A stretch of 64,000 bases of DNA from the human T2T-CHM13v2.0 reference genome, Homo sapiens, in the NCBI RefSeq assembly GCF_009914755.1, contig NC_060928.1; one strand, written 5' to 3'. The notes under the pieces are model-generated. The model saw only the letters and a program-made list of their open reading frames with translations, was not told where the DNA came from and did not search any database. Positions 14,855 to 28,150 of the stretch are shown here, piece after piece (position 1 is the first letter of the stretch; the number at the start of each line of letters is the position of its first letter). A program made the translations under genes and the position numbers.

Positions 14855-17800
14855 ATTTCAGGATCAAATTCACACATAACAATATTAACCTTAAATGTAA
14901 ATGGGCTAAATGCTCCAAATAAATGACACAGACTGGCAAATTGGATAAAGAGTCAAGACTGATTAATGTGCTGTATTCAGGAGACCCATCTCACTTGCAA
15001 AGACACACATAGGGTCAAAATAAAGGGATGGAGGAATATTTACCAAGAAATTGGAAAGAAAAAAAGAGCAGGGGTTGCAATCCTAGTCTCTGATAAAACA
15101 GACTTTAAACCAACAAAGCTCAAAAGAGACAAAGAAGGGCATTACATAATGGTAAAGGGATCAATTCAACAAGAAGAGCTAACTATCCTAAATATACATG
15201 CACCCAATACAGGATCACCCAGATTTATAAAGCAAGTTCTTAGGGACATACAAAGAGACTTAGACTGCCAGACAATAATAGTGGGAGACTTTAACACCCT
15301 AGTGTCAACATTACACAGATCAGTGAGACAGAAGATTAACAAGGATATCCAGGACTTGAACTCAGCTCTGGACCAAGTGGCCCTAATAGACATCTACAGA
15401 ACTCTTCACCCCAAATCAACAGAATATACATTCTTCTCAGCACCTAATTGCACTTATTCTAAAATTGGCCACATAATTGGAAGTAAAACACTTCTCAGCA
15501 AATGGAAAAGAACAAAAATCATAGCAGTCTCTCAGACAACAATGCAATCAAATTAGAACCCAATATTAAGAAACATTCAAAACTGCACAACTACATGGAA
15601 ACTGAACAACCTGCTCCTGAATGACTACTGGGTAAATAATGAAATGAAGGTAGAAATAAAGATGTTCTTTGAAACCAATGAGAACAAAGACACAACGTAC
15701 CAGAATCTCTGGGACACATTCAAAGCAGTGTGGAGAGGGAAATTTACAGCACTAAATGTCTGCAAGAGAAAGCAGGAAAGATCTCAAATCGACACCCTAA
15801 TATCAAAAATAAAACACCTAAAGAAGTAAGAGCAAACAAATTCAAAAGCTAGCAGAAGACAAGAAATAACTAAGATCAGAGCAGAACTGAGAGAGATAGA
15901 GACACGAAAAACCCTTCAAAAATCAATGAATCCAGGAGCTGGTTTTTTGAAAAGATCAACAAAATAGACCACTAGCCAGAATAATAAAGAATATAAGACA
16001 GAAGAATCAAATAGGTGCAATAAAAAAATGATAAAGGTGATATCACCACCGATCCCACAGAAAGACAAACTACCATCACATAATGCTATAAACAACTCTA
16101 CGCAAATAAAGTAGAAAATCTAGAAGAAATTGATAAATTCCTGGGCACATACACTCTCCCAAGACTAAACCAGGAAGAAATCGAATCGCTGAATAGACCA
16201 ATAACAAGTACTGAAATTGAGGCAGCAATTGGTAGCATACCAATCAAAAAAAGTCCAGGACAAGATGGATTCACAGCCGAATTCTAACAGAGGTACAAAG
16301 AGGAGTTGGTACCATTCCTTCTGAAACTATTCCAAACAACAGAAAAAGAGGGAATCCTCCCTAACTCATTTTATGAGTCCAGCATCAACCTGATACCAAA
16401 ACCTGGCAGAGACACAACAAAAAAAGAAAATTACAGGCCAATATCCCTGATGAATATCAATGTAAAACTCCTCAATAAAATACTGGCAAAACGAATCCAG
16501 CAGCACATTAAAAAGTTTATCCAGCACGATCAAGTCAACTTCCTCCCTGGGATGCAAGGCAGGTTCACATATGCAAATCAATAAATGTAATCCATGACAT
16601 AAACAGAACCAATGACAAAAACCACATGATTATCTCAACAGATGCAGAAAAGACCTTCGACAAAATTCAACAGCACTTCATGCTAAAAACTCTCAATAAA
16701 CTAGGTATTGATGGAATGTATCTCAAAATAATAAGAGCTATTTATGACAAACCCACAGCCAATGTCATACTGAGTGGGTAAAAAACTGGAAACATTCCCT
16801 TTGAAAACTGGCACAAGACAAGGATGCCTTCTCTCACCACTCTTATTCAACATAGTATTGGAAGTTCTGGCCAGGGCAATCAGGCAAGAGAAAGAAATAA
16901 AGAGTATTCAGTTAGGAAAAGAGAAAGTCAAATTGTCTCTGTTGGTGGATGACATGATTGTATATTTAGAAAACCCCATCATCTCCACCCAAAACCTCCT
17001 TAAGCTGATAAGCAACTTCAGCAAAGTCTCAAAATACAAAATCAATGTGCAAAAACCACAAGCATTCCTATACACCAATAACAGATGGAGAGCCAAATCA
17101 TGAGTGAACTTCCATTCACGATTGCTACTAAGAGAATAAGATACTGAGAAATCCAACTTACAAGGGATGTGAAGGAACTCTTCAAGGAGAACTACAAACC
17201 ACTGCTCAAGGAAATAAGAGAGGATACAAACAAATGGAAAAACATTCCATGCTCATGGATAGGAAGAATCAATATTGTGAAAATGGCCATACTGCCCAAA
17301 ATAATTTATAGATTCAGTGCTATCCACATCAAGCTACCATTGACTTTCTTCAAAGAATTGGAAAAACCTACTTTAAATTTCATATGGAACCAAAAAAGAG
17401 CCTGCATAGCCAAGACAATCCTAAGCAAAAAGAATAAAGCTGGAGGCATCACACTACCTGACTTCAAACTATACCAGAAGGCTACAGTAACCAAAACAGC
17501 ATGGTACTGGTACCAAAACAGATATATAGACAAATGGAACAGAACAGAGGCCTCAGAAATAACGCCACACATCTACAACCATCTGATCTTTGATAAACCT
17601 GAAAAGAACAAGCAATGGGGTAAGGATTCTCTATTTAATAAATGGTGTTGGGAAAACGGGCTAGCCATATGCAGAAAGCTGAAACTAGATCACTTCCTTA
17701 CATCTTATACAACAATTAACTCAAGAAGGATTAAAGACTTAAATGTAAGACCTAAAACCATAAAAACCCTAGAAGAAAACCTACTCCATACTATTCAGGA

Positions 17801-18722
17801 TATAGGCATGGGCAAAGACTTCATGACTAAAATATGAAAAGCAATGGTATCAAAAGCCAAAGTAGAGAAATGGGATCTGATTAAACTAAAGAACCTTTGC
17901 ACACAGCAAAAGAAACTATCATCAGAGTGAACAGGCAACCTAAAGAATGGAAGAAAATTTCTGCAATCTATCCATCTGACAAAGGGCTAATATCCAGAAT
18001 CTACAAAGGTCTTAAACAGATTTATAAGAAAAAAGCTAATATCCAGAATCTACAAAGAACTTAAACAGATTTACAAGAAAAATAAACAAACAACCTCATC
18101 AAAAATGGGGGAAGGATATGAACAGACACTTCTCAAAAGAAGACATTTATGCAGCCAACAAACATATGAAAAAAAGCTCATCATCACTGGTCATTAGAGA
18201 AATGCTAATCAAAACCATAATGAGATACCATCTCACGTCAGTTAGAATGGTGATCATTAAAAAGTCAGGAAGCAACAGATGCTGGAGAAGATGTGGAGAA
18301 ATAAGAACACCTTTAGACTGTTGGTGAAAGTGTAAATTAGTTCAACCATTGTGGAAGACAGTGTAGCAATTCCTCAAGGATCTAGAACTAGTAATACCAT
18401 TTGACCCAGCAATCTCATTACTGGGTATATACCCAAAGGATTATAAATCCTTGTACTATAAAGACACATGCACCCGTAGGTTTATTGTGGCACTGTTCAT
18501 AATAGCAAAGACTTGGAACCAACCCAAACGTCCATCAATGATAGACTGCATAAAGAAAATGTGGCACATACACACCGTGGAATACTATGCAGCCATAAAA
18601 AAGGATGAGTTCATGTCCTTTGCAGGGACATGGGATGAAACTGGAAACCATCATTTTTAGCAAACTTACACAGGAACAGAAAAACCAAACACTACGTGTT
18701 CTCATTTATAAGCTGGAGTTGA
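14855..18722 (+). pseudogene. L1 ORF2p (endonuclease/reverse transcriptase), disrupted
   Basis: Start codon mutated (att tca gga tca aat); [41 protein letters not shown] and CWRRCGE motifs spread over broken frames. Confidence 0.93.
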
Positions 18723-19306
18723 ACAATGAGAACACATGGATACAGAGAGGGGAACATCACACACCCGGGCCTGTCATGGGGTAGGGGGCTAGGGGAGGGA
18801 TAGCATTAGGAGAAATACCTAATGTAGATGATGGGTTGACAGGTGCAGCAAACCACCATGGCACATGTATACCTGTGTAACAAACCTGCATGTTCTGCAC
18901 ATGTATCCCAGAACTTAAAGTATAATAAAATCTTTTTTTAAAGTTCCTTTACTCATACTTCTATCCTGATGTCTAGATCAAATGTGTATTGACCTTAGAG
19001 AGAAGAAAAAATCCTTTCTCTACTCCAGTTCAAAACCAGATGTCTTGACTGATTCAGGATGATTGAGAAGGTAAACTTCAGTCTAAAAAACTAACATATA
19101 GGGAAGAGATAATGATACTGTCAATATCTGCACCAACAGCAATAAGTTTGTAATTGTGGTACATTTGCCATTCAGATGATTTTCTCAAACTTTTTCAAAG
19201 ATAAAGTAGTATTTCCATGACCAGAGATGGAAACTACTGATAACTTGTAAATCAAATTTATTTTTTCTTAAATCAAGTTAAATAATTAAGCCCTACTAGG
19301 TATTCC

Positions 19307-19612
19307 TTTTTTTTTTTTTCTTTTTCTTCTTTAGCAATGAGGTCTCATTGTTAAATGAGTTCCATGGTGCAATTACAGCTCACTGCAGCCTTGAACTCCT
19401 GGGCTCAAAGGATGCTCCTGACTCAGCCTCTGAAGTAGCTGGGACTATAGGTACAAGCCACCATGGCTGTCTAATTTTTTCACTCGTAGTTTTTGCAGAG
19501 GTGGAGTCTCAATATGTTGCCTAGCCTAGTGTCAAATTACTGGGGTCAAGTAATCCTCCAGCCTGAGCTTCCCAGGTAGCTGGGATTATAGGCACAAGCC
19601 TCTGCAATGAGC
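19307..19612 (-). mobile_element. AluJ (diverged)
   Basis: Poly(T) then cagctcactgcagccttgaactcctgggctcaa; dimeric structure. Confidence 0.9.
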
Positions 19613-20317
19613 ATCCCAATTTTCAATTTACGTATAACATTGATTTTTTTTGACTTTTACTTAAGGAAGCTCCAACTACAAACCATGACAACAATTTAAA
19701 TGTAATTGTCTTTTAAATTTTTTTCCCTTCAAGAAATCAAACCCTCTGAATACAATCTCATCTCTATCTCCTCTGTCCTCTCTCCTCTAATAAATTTTTT
19801 TATTATTTTTAGTCATGATGACCTCAGTCTTTCCAATTCTTTTAGCTAATCATTTCATTTCTTCACTTCAGGCTGCCCCCATAATCCCTTGAGTCTGGTA
19901 TCTGTCTTTACCACTCAACTAATATGTTGTTTTGAGTATATGCAATCCTTTCCTAGCCTTCTTTCAGTTCAGAAGTATATTTAAAACTCAGTAGTCACAC
20001 CACAGAAAACAATCATGAAGCACCCTAGTGCTAAGCTATGTGTTTCCCTTCCTTCCTTCTCCTTGTGCTCTACTCCATCTGCATAAGGAGTCCAGCCTCA
20101 GCTTGCTTGTCTCTGTCCACCACCACTACCAACCTCAGAAGGTCAAGAGAGAAAGGAACCTGGTATCCAGATTGCAGGGGACCAGAGTGCACATCATCCT
20201 CCGCGTGACTATGAAGAAGAAACCAACCATACTTTACAAGCCAACATAAAGCTTCTTCTAGTCATCTTTACTCTCCCATATTTTCACCCCTATAGTCTGC
20301 TTTTCTTCATTCCAACT

Positions 20318-20516
20318 GTTTTTTTTTTTTTTAGGTTCGGGGGTACATGTACAGGTTTGTAACATAGGCAAATTGCCTGTCAAGGGGGTTTGCTGTACAG
20401 ATTATTTCATCCCTCAGGTAATAAGCCTGATAGGTAGTTTTTTCATCCTCACCCTCCTTCCACCCTCCACCCTCAAGTAGGATCCAGAGTCTGTTGTCCC
20501 CTTCTTAGTGTTCATG
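20318..20516 (-). mobile_element. L1PA15/16-like 3' end fragment
   Basis: Poly(T) then ggggtacatgtacaggtttgtaacatagg...ccaccctccaccctcaagtagg. Confidence 0.85.
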
Positions 20517-20591
20517 CCAAACATACAACTCAAACTTAAAATTCTTTTCTTCATACTGGACCCCTTTACTAAACCTGGGCCTTCTGAAATT

Positions 20592-20604
20592 CTCTCTCTC
20601 TGTT

Positions 20605-20666
<62 letters not shown>

Positions 20667-20978
20667 CACATCTCTCTCTCTTATATATGTATATATATAG
20701 AGAGAGACAGGGAGAGAGATATATATTATATATATAGAGAGAGATGTGTATATATATCTATGTATGTGTATATATATGTGTGTATATATACATATATATG
20801 TATGTGTGTATATATATATGTATATGTGTGTATACATATATACACCTACATATGTGTAGGTCTATATATGTATACACACATATACATATATATACACATA
20901 TATATACACACAAACACGTATATGTGTGTGTATATACATACATGCACACACCCACATTGTATATATGCATGAGTGTAT
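20592..20978. repeat. Compound (CT)n/(TA)n/(GA)n/(TG,CA)n microsatellite
   Basis: Directly visible; explains the IYIY/YTHI-type ORFs. Confidence 0.95.
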
Positions 20979-21109
20979 GTTTCTTTTTAATAACACTCTC
21001 CTAAATTATTCATATCTTTGCCAAATGCTCCTTTTGCTTGTGGAGCCTAATGTAGCCTGGGTGTTTCATGAGAATTCTACTTCTCAGGTAGTTCTCTGAG
21101 GATGTGGTT

Positions 21110-21468
21110 TGATATGGTTTGGCTCTGTGTCCCCACCCAAATTTCACCTTGAATTGTAATAATACCCATATGTTGTGGGAGGGACCCAGTGAGAAGTAAT
21201 TGAATCATGGGGGTGGGTTTTTCCCATGTTATTCTCATGATAGTGAATAAGTGTCAAGAGATCTTATGGTTTTATCAAGCGGAGTTCCCCTGAACAACCT
21301 CTCTTGCCTGCACCATGTAAGACGTGACTTTGCTTCTCCTTTGCCTTCTGCCATGATTGTGAGGCCTCCCAAGCCATGTGGAACTGTGAGTAAATTAAAC
21401 CTCTTCCCTTTATAAATCACCCAGTTTTGGGTATGTCTTTATTAGCAGTGAGAGAATAGACTAATACA
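21110..21468 (+). mobile_element. THE1B/C (ERVL-MaLR) solo LTR
   Basis: tgatatggtttggctctgtgtccccacccaaat...gactaataca; flanked by tggtt/tggtg (5-bp TSD with one mismatch). Confidence 0.92.
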
Positions 21469-21924
21469 TGGTGGCTGGCCTATCTTCCCTCAGCTTGCAC
21501 CTCAGGACCAGGAAGTAGAATAGAGTCTTCATTTTTCTTTCATTAGACTTCTAGACATTTTGTGTGTCTATAAGGAGGAGAATGGTTTCCTGCTATGGGC
21601 AGAGACTTCCACAAGCCTAGCACTCCTGATCTGTCTCTATCATCTCTCTTAATTCTCCCCAGGTGGAGGAGATATAACTTATTTCTAAATTAGCCGTAGA
21701 AACGGACCCTTTCCTCTTCTACTTCCAGGAAGCCAGTGTGCAGGCAGGAAGTATGCATTCTGATTTCCACCTCCATTTTATTTACTTTATTCAAGAAAGT
21801 CCTTAATTGTAGAAGAAGCCTGAGGCAGTTCAGTGCTATCTGTAGCTGAATGAGTGAATCTAGTTTCAGGCTAATTTTTGGAAGCCTGTGTTATACACTT
21901 CGGTCACATTTTCCAAAGACAACC

Positions 21925-22090
21925 AGACTCAGACAATTTTAATCTTGAATATGTCATTAACTAGCTATGTGAGCCTGAATTGCTTCATGTTTTAGTTGGA
22001 GAAAATTGTGATACTTTACCCTCTTGTGTTGTTGTGAAGATAAAATGATTTAGTAAAATTTAAAATACTGTTCAATGTGCTTCACTGGTA
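21925..22090 (+). mobile_element. MIR SINE remnant
   Basis: attaactagctatgtgagc...gttgttgtgaagataaaatga. Confidence 0.6.
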
Positions 22091-22881
22091 GTGATTCCTG
22101 GCTGATATTAAAAACTAATGGGATATTTTGATCTTCTTATACCATTTAATCTATTTACTTATATCTAGCTGTTTCATTCAGAGAAGAGGAGTTGGATTTA
22201 TTTCATCTCTCCAAAAACCCCAATACAGGTCATATTCCTCCAGTCTATTATTAAATTAATTAAACAAACAAAAATCCTTTGAGGGTCATGCTATTTGACT
22301 GTCACATCCTCAATTTTTTCTTGTCCCTACCAGCCCCTGGCTTTCTGGATAGTCCTGCTGCTTCTAGTGAGTTATCTGGTTCAGAAAATATAATTTGCTT
22401 TATTTGTTTACTTAATGTTAGTGGCTATGCCTCTTAAGACAGCTAGGCATATACTTTTTCTTTTCTTGGACTGCCTCATTCATTTTTGTACCAAATTTCA
22501 AAACTTACTTCTAAAAAGAAGCCTCTTCCAAATGAACCCGCCCACCTCTAATTCTTCTTTAACTCAAATTTTAGTTTCTACAGTATTACATTATGCGTAT
22601 TTCAATTTGTTATTTTAGTTTATTTTCTTACAGTTGCTTCCAATTTTTATGAGGAATGCTTTCTGAATAAACAAATAATAATATTGTAAAGAGCAATGAA
22701 AGTTTTCTCACTTTTTTCCTCCCCACATCTTCAAAGAAGTTACTTTCTCTTTTTAAAATAGTGGATGTTCAATAAATTCTATTATCTGACATGTATAAAT
22801 GTGTGATAACATCTTATTTCTTTTAGCTTTGAATTATTGAAAATGAATTGTTCAGTTATATTTTACAAAGATTAGTTTTTG

Positions 22882-22884
<3 letters not shown>

Positions 22885-22923
<39 letters not shown>
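22885..22923. repeat. (TG)~19 microsatellite
   Basis: Uninterrupted TG run. Confidence 0.97.
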
Positions 22924-22925
<2 letters not shown>

Positions 22926-24607
22926 TCTCACCCCCTACTGGGTAAAGATTTAGATATGTTATCATGACTTTTACAAGACCTGAGGAATAGAGCTCCCTCT
23001 AGCAACGTATATAATAATCTGATTTACAAGAAGAGGAGCTTCTCAGATGCAAAAGCAACACTTTTGCTATTCATCAACACACTTTTCTAGACAAGGGCTA
23101 TATGGAGAATTACATTGGACAGAATCTTAGTGTTTTAAAATTTTATGTTGTTTTAAAACAGTAAAGGCTCAATTTGACTTTGATCATTCTAACTGCACTA
23201 TTGAATCAGGGAGGTGAATAACAACATTTTTTCATTAGCTTCTCCCCAAGTCCCCATGGGCTATAATCTGCAATTCAGAGCTTTCTCTTCCATTGATTTT
23301 AGTACCAAGCCATGCTAGCAGGTGAGAAAATCAAAGTAACGGTAAACTTGAAATCTATCTGTAATAGTGTAGCTGAAATAGTTCTGTTTGAATGATTCTG
23401 TTAGTCAGTCATCTGTTAGACAGGTTGTTTCAAATGTATCCTTCTAAAAGTCATACTCTAAATTCCATGGTCTGCTGTATCTTACTGTCAAATTTCAGGA
23501 GTACTGGTTGACTTTATGGTAATATGTAATTAGAACATTTCTTCTTGGTTATAATGCTTTATTGCTATTATTGCAATATTGCTAATATTGCTAATATCTC
23601 CTTGCTATGTTATTCTTCCAGTTAATTAAGATGGAAAATTTATTTTTGTGCCACCTGAAATCTATTTATCTATCTATCCTGTTCTTAATTAAATAAAGGG
23701 GACCCCAGGATTTTTTTAAAAGAGTCATAGACTCATTAGTTTTTGTTCACTTCTTTAACCCCTTTAATAATTGTACCTCCCTTCAGTGTATCATAATAAA
23801 TATCAAGAAGAGTCTCCAAGTCCCCAAGCAGATTCCAGAATTCTAGTCACACCCAAATATTTTTAGATTTTTTTTTTTCACTAATCATCCAAGATGGTCC
23901 ATAGTCTCAGACTTTGCTTCCTATGTTTCTCCAGGCTAGGAGCCTTTTGCTCCAGGTGTTCTTCTGTACTGTGTCTGCATGCCAAGAAGCCATTCAACAA
24001 CACCTAGGAGGGTGATTCCACATACCATACATTGGAGCTACTCAGGGCCTCAGAAACCTACCATCAGTAATCACCTTTCTAATAAGCCTTTTCTAGGTGT
24101 ATGTTCTAGAAAGCAAAAGTGAATGTGTTTCTACTCTGTTTTACACTCCTAGTTGGTGCCCCATGTCTTGCACTATAAGATCCACACTGCAGTCAAAATA
24201 AACTCTGAAAACTCCAAATGACCACTTACTTCTCTCCTATTCAATCACTTGCAATTGCTTACCCCTGCCCTTGGAATCAAATCTGAATTTTTGTCCAATT
24301 CAGGTTTATTTACCCTTATTTTTAGTACATGGAACTTTAGCATGCTTCAAAAGAGAAAACTACAAAAATGTGACACTCAGAGAAGTCTCACCCCTCTTCT
24401 ATGGAATTCATGCCATTTCTAACCCACTTTTCTCCTTACAAGTCACCAATTTCATTGCTTCTAGTCCATGTTTTCTATGTTTCTTTTTGTGAAACTAAAC
24501 AGATATATATGTGTTTTGCTATTTTTCTTCTTCCTTACATAAATTGTAGCAAACTACATGTAAACTTTAAGCTTTACTATTTTTACAGTATTTCCCAGAA
24601 ATGCCTC

Positions 24608-25249
24608 TGTAGGAGTCCTCCCTATCATAAATGTAATGGCTGATGCTCCTATAACAAGAGACAAGTTAAGAAGAGAAAAGCCCAGCAGATGTATTTAATT
24701 AAAGTTTTACATGACACGGGAGCCTTCAGAAATGAAGACTCAGAGACTCAGGGAAAATTGTCCATATTTATGCTTGGGTTCAATGAAGAATGGACAGCTG
24801 TGTGAAAATATGATTAGATGAAAAGGGAATGATCTAATTGTAATAGAATTAGTGGGTAAACCCAGCAAGGCATGTCTGTTCAGACTCTTCTTGGTCTCTT
24901 TGTGTGGAATTCCTTCTTCCCACGCATAGGGCAGGGTCCTTTCTGGAATGAGGGTCTTATGAACGACTATCAGACAACGTAGGTCAGAAAATTTCTTTAT
25001 GGCCAGCTCCTACACAGTAAAGCTGGGGAAGTTTAGAGTCATATTTCTAGTTTCTATGACCTTTCTTTGGGAAGAAGAATTCTAGTTTCTATAGCCTGTC
25101 TTGGGGAGAAAGGGAAGCAGGAGACAAAAAAAGGCAGGAGAAGGTCAGAAATAGACTTTATTTCTGTGGTCCTTCCAATGGCCTATAGTTCAAAGTACTC
25201 AGCAAGCCAAAGTGCTATACAGTGGGGCAACATTTTCTGAGTCCCAACA
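24608..25249 (-). mobile_element. MER39-family (ERV1) solo LTR inserted in an old antisense L1M fragment
   Basis: Right end reads tgttgggactcagaaaatg...agcactttggcttgctgagtactttgaact on the minus strand; TG...CA termini; cctc/actc flanks. Confidence 0.8.
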
Positions 25250-25989
25250 ACTCCACATTACTTAAATGTAATTTGTTGAAATTTTTCTATTCCTAAGTAT
25301 CTTTGGACAGAGATCTCAATTGAGGAACATTCTCTTTGACTGAATAATACAATTCACATTTTCTAATAGCTGACACCAGTGATGGTGGTATAGAGAGAGC
25401 TTGTCATGTCTTGTTCTCTTTCATTTTTACATGTGACTTTTTTCCTTTTCCTTCTTTTTTTCCCTTCACCTTCACATCTTCAAGAAACATCATTTCTGCT
25501 ATATTTATCTCATTCTCCCCCAGAGAATTGCAGCTCCAAGTCTTCGGCTTTTTTTTTTTCATATTTTCTTTGAAGTCTTATTCTATGGTTTGTGCTGTGA
25601 ACAACTCAGTCTGAGATCTATGTTCAGTATTTTAGTACTTAGTGTTGGACTTTTTTTCAGAGGGTTTCTTTTTAGTGCTACATCTAAGGTTTCTACTCTA
25701 CTCTTCTCTTTTCTTAGTCTCTTAAATCCTCCTTTGCCCACTCTCCACACACACACGAGCTTGCAGCCATGGTTCATGCACCAGCATTAGCTCTGTCAGG
25801 ATTTGGAGTTCATTTCCCTGCTTAACAGTACCTTGAAATCTGTGAAATTTCTCATATTCTAATGATGTGGAAGGCATGGGTTATGTGTGATTTTCTTTGC
25901 ATTTGCTGCTGATTATATGTATAGTTTTGAGAGAGTTGTGCAAAAAGGGTCAGGTGTAGGATTTTGTCATTATCCTCCAAACAAGCAAT

Positions 25990-26385
25990 GCTTAATATTT
26001 GAACTTTTAACATGATCTGCACAGTGTTTCATAGTCCAGCCCTGTTTCAACTTCCTCCTGAGACCCTTTGTTTGTTTGCTCTTTCTGCTCTGGTAATGCT
26101 CGAGTTCTTTACATTTAGGCTGTCCATTGCCTTTTAGCCTTTGAATATCCTTTATGTTACAATCTAAACTTCACTTCCTTAGAAAAGACTCTCGTTACCC
26201 TCAAATATAATTTGGCTCCCCTTCCTATATGGTTCTATAGTAACTGACATTTTCTCTTAACCTTATTTAGAACACGGGTACATTTTTTAACTTACCATTT
26301 AAACTTATTAGGTTAATGTCTCTCTCACCTGCTTTTCATTAAGCTTAGTTTGTTTTACCGCCGTTTCCCTAGTGTCTAGGAGAGT
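25990..26385 (+). mobile_element. L2 3' remnant
   Basis: tcacttccttagaaaagact...aatgtctctctc...tttccctagtgtctag. Confidence 0.55.
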
Positions 26386-26389
26386 AGTA

Positions 26390-26812
26390 CATTTTTAGTT
26401 TGTGTTCCCAGAAACAGGTTCTACTAAAGGCTTTGAATGCATGCTGTTTATTTGCAGTGGGATCCCAGGAAACATTGGAAGGGGAGTGAGGAAGTGAGGT
26501 AGAAAAGAGAAGGCAGCCAATAAGTGATTATTAAGTGGTTTAACATTTCAGACAACTGAAACTTAATCCCACTAGGGAAGTCTTGGAATCAGCACAGAAC
26601 ATGTGGCTCAGTGGGGTGAAGGAGCTGGGGATTTTTGCACTAGTTCCCGTCAGTCATTTGCTGATGATTGCTCTTGGGAATGTGGTAATTCCCTGGCACT
26701 CCTGGCCTGCTATATAAGTGAACAGAGGAAGAGCCAATGGCCAGAAAGAAGCCGAGGCAAAGATGAGAAAAAGCTGGAAGTAGAAACTTGTGGCTGCATG
26801 TCAACACTGTAT
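26390..26812 (-). mobile_element. LTR16C-like (ERVL) LTR
   Basis: ttcccagaaacagg...gtttatttgcagtgggatcccaggaaac...ggggagtgaggaagtgag...aaggcagccaataa. Confidence 0.7.
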
Positions 26813-27904
26813 TAGGAAGTTTTCATGTAACATTTTATTTCAATCTAAAAATAAACTCGTAGAAAAAATAATTTTATTCTTATTTTAGAAGAAACGTTAG
26901 GCAGTTCTTGCCCAAGCAATAATGCCATGACCTTTCTTCACTCAAACTCATAGTTTAGGAAATGAGAATGTCTCAAACCTTTATTGTAAACTTTAAATAA
27001 ATTGATGCATAAAGATTGTTTAACACTGTTCTAGGCAAGAGCTCAATGAATATTACACATATATTCCAAAGGCTTTGACGTGAAATTTATTAAACTAAGA
27101 ATATGAAAAGACCCGAGTAAATAACTAAAATACATTATATACACCTATAAAAATAATGTTACTTTAATCTTTATTTTGATATTGCTGGTTGATGCTACGT
27201 TTAAGGTAAGTAGAATTAATCCATTCTCCCTTGTAGCATGGTTATTACTTCTTCTCTCAAGAAAATACATGCTCAATTTCCCTTCCTTAAATATCTATTC
27301 ATGATTTCTTACCATTTACTTATATGATTAAAACTAATGTATGCTAACCATGAATTTTCTGATGTCTGAAATACCAGTATCAAACTAATAATTTTGAAAA
27401 CATATAACTAAATATATATATATCTTAATTTTAGAAAGCAAATTTTCTTTTTTCCCCATTGAATTTTAAATTCTAGTCAATGAAAAAATGGCAGTTAAAA
27501 AGTCAATGCTTTTTATGTTGGTAATATATCTGTGGCTTAGAAGAACCAGCATTTATATAATACAGTAATAAGAATAATTATTCAGTCTCTTTTAAAAAAG
27601 TTAAAAACATGGGAAATTGGATTGGATGTGCTAACACCATAATTCATTGGTCAGAATACAGTAGATACGCTGCCATTATTTATACCAATAGACTCATTAA
27701 GGAGCTAATGATTTTTCTCCTTGAGTTATTGTGCTCCTCTGAACAGTCAATGAAGCCTTGGGCAATTCTCTTGATCCAAACAATCTGCCTTTGCTTCTCT
27801 GAAGGAGCATTAGACAAATTATCTTAGAGAAATTATAGATACTGAAAAAGAAGCTTTCATACTCTTTAATATAATCACTTCTGAATTATTTACTATGGAA
27901 TATT

Positions 27905-28150
27905 GTATAATATTATTGGTAAGAAGAGTTTTAAAATTAGAGAGACACAGGTTCAAATCCAAACCCACTTCATATTCTCGAAAGTATGTACGTTCATACA
28001 TTAAAGAGTTATTTAGTCTCTGTAATTTTCAGTTGATATACTGTATGATAAAGAAAATAACAGCTGTCTTGTAAGGGCATTATGGGAAATGGTAAATTAA
28101 TGTATACCAAGCTACTCCTAAAGTAACTGAAAACTCATTGAGACTTAACA
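27905..28150 (+). mobile_element. MIR SINE remnant
   Basis: ggttcaaatcc...gttatttagtctctgtaattttcagttg. Confidence 0.6.

Larger units (their letters stand above)
12466..18930 (+). mobile_element. Full-length, inactivated L1PA7-type LINE-1
   Basis: 5'UTR starting caagatggccaaacaggaacagctcc (YY1 motif), ORF1 and ORF2 remnants, 3'UTR ggggctaggggagggatagcattaggagaaatacctaatgtagatg ending tataataaaa. Confidence 0.95.

Noticed and set aside
14966-17837. Reverse transcriptase/endonuclease ORFs as a novel or active system
   Set aside because: Fragments of an ordinary L1 ORF2 with a lost start codon, stops and frameshifts
18767-18800. G-quadruplex-forming G-runs
   Set aside because: Standard, well-described feature of the L1PA 3'UTR
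20088-20320. Protein-like stop-free frame (PPPLPTSEGQERKEPGIQIAGDQSAHHPPRDYEEE)
   Set aside because: No start codon, no convincing splice pair and no recognisable homology
20505-21004. 110-154 aa Y/I/H/T-rich ORFs
   Set aside because: Microsatellite artefacts
27203-27211. Consensus donor AAG|GTAAGT on plus
   Set aside because: No convincing upstream acceptor or reading frame
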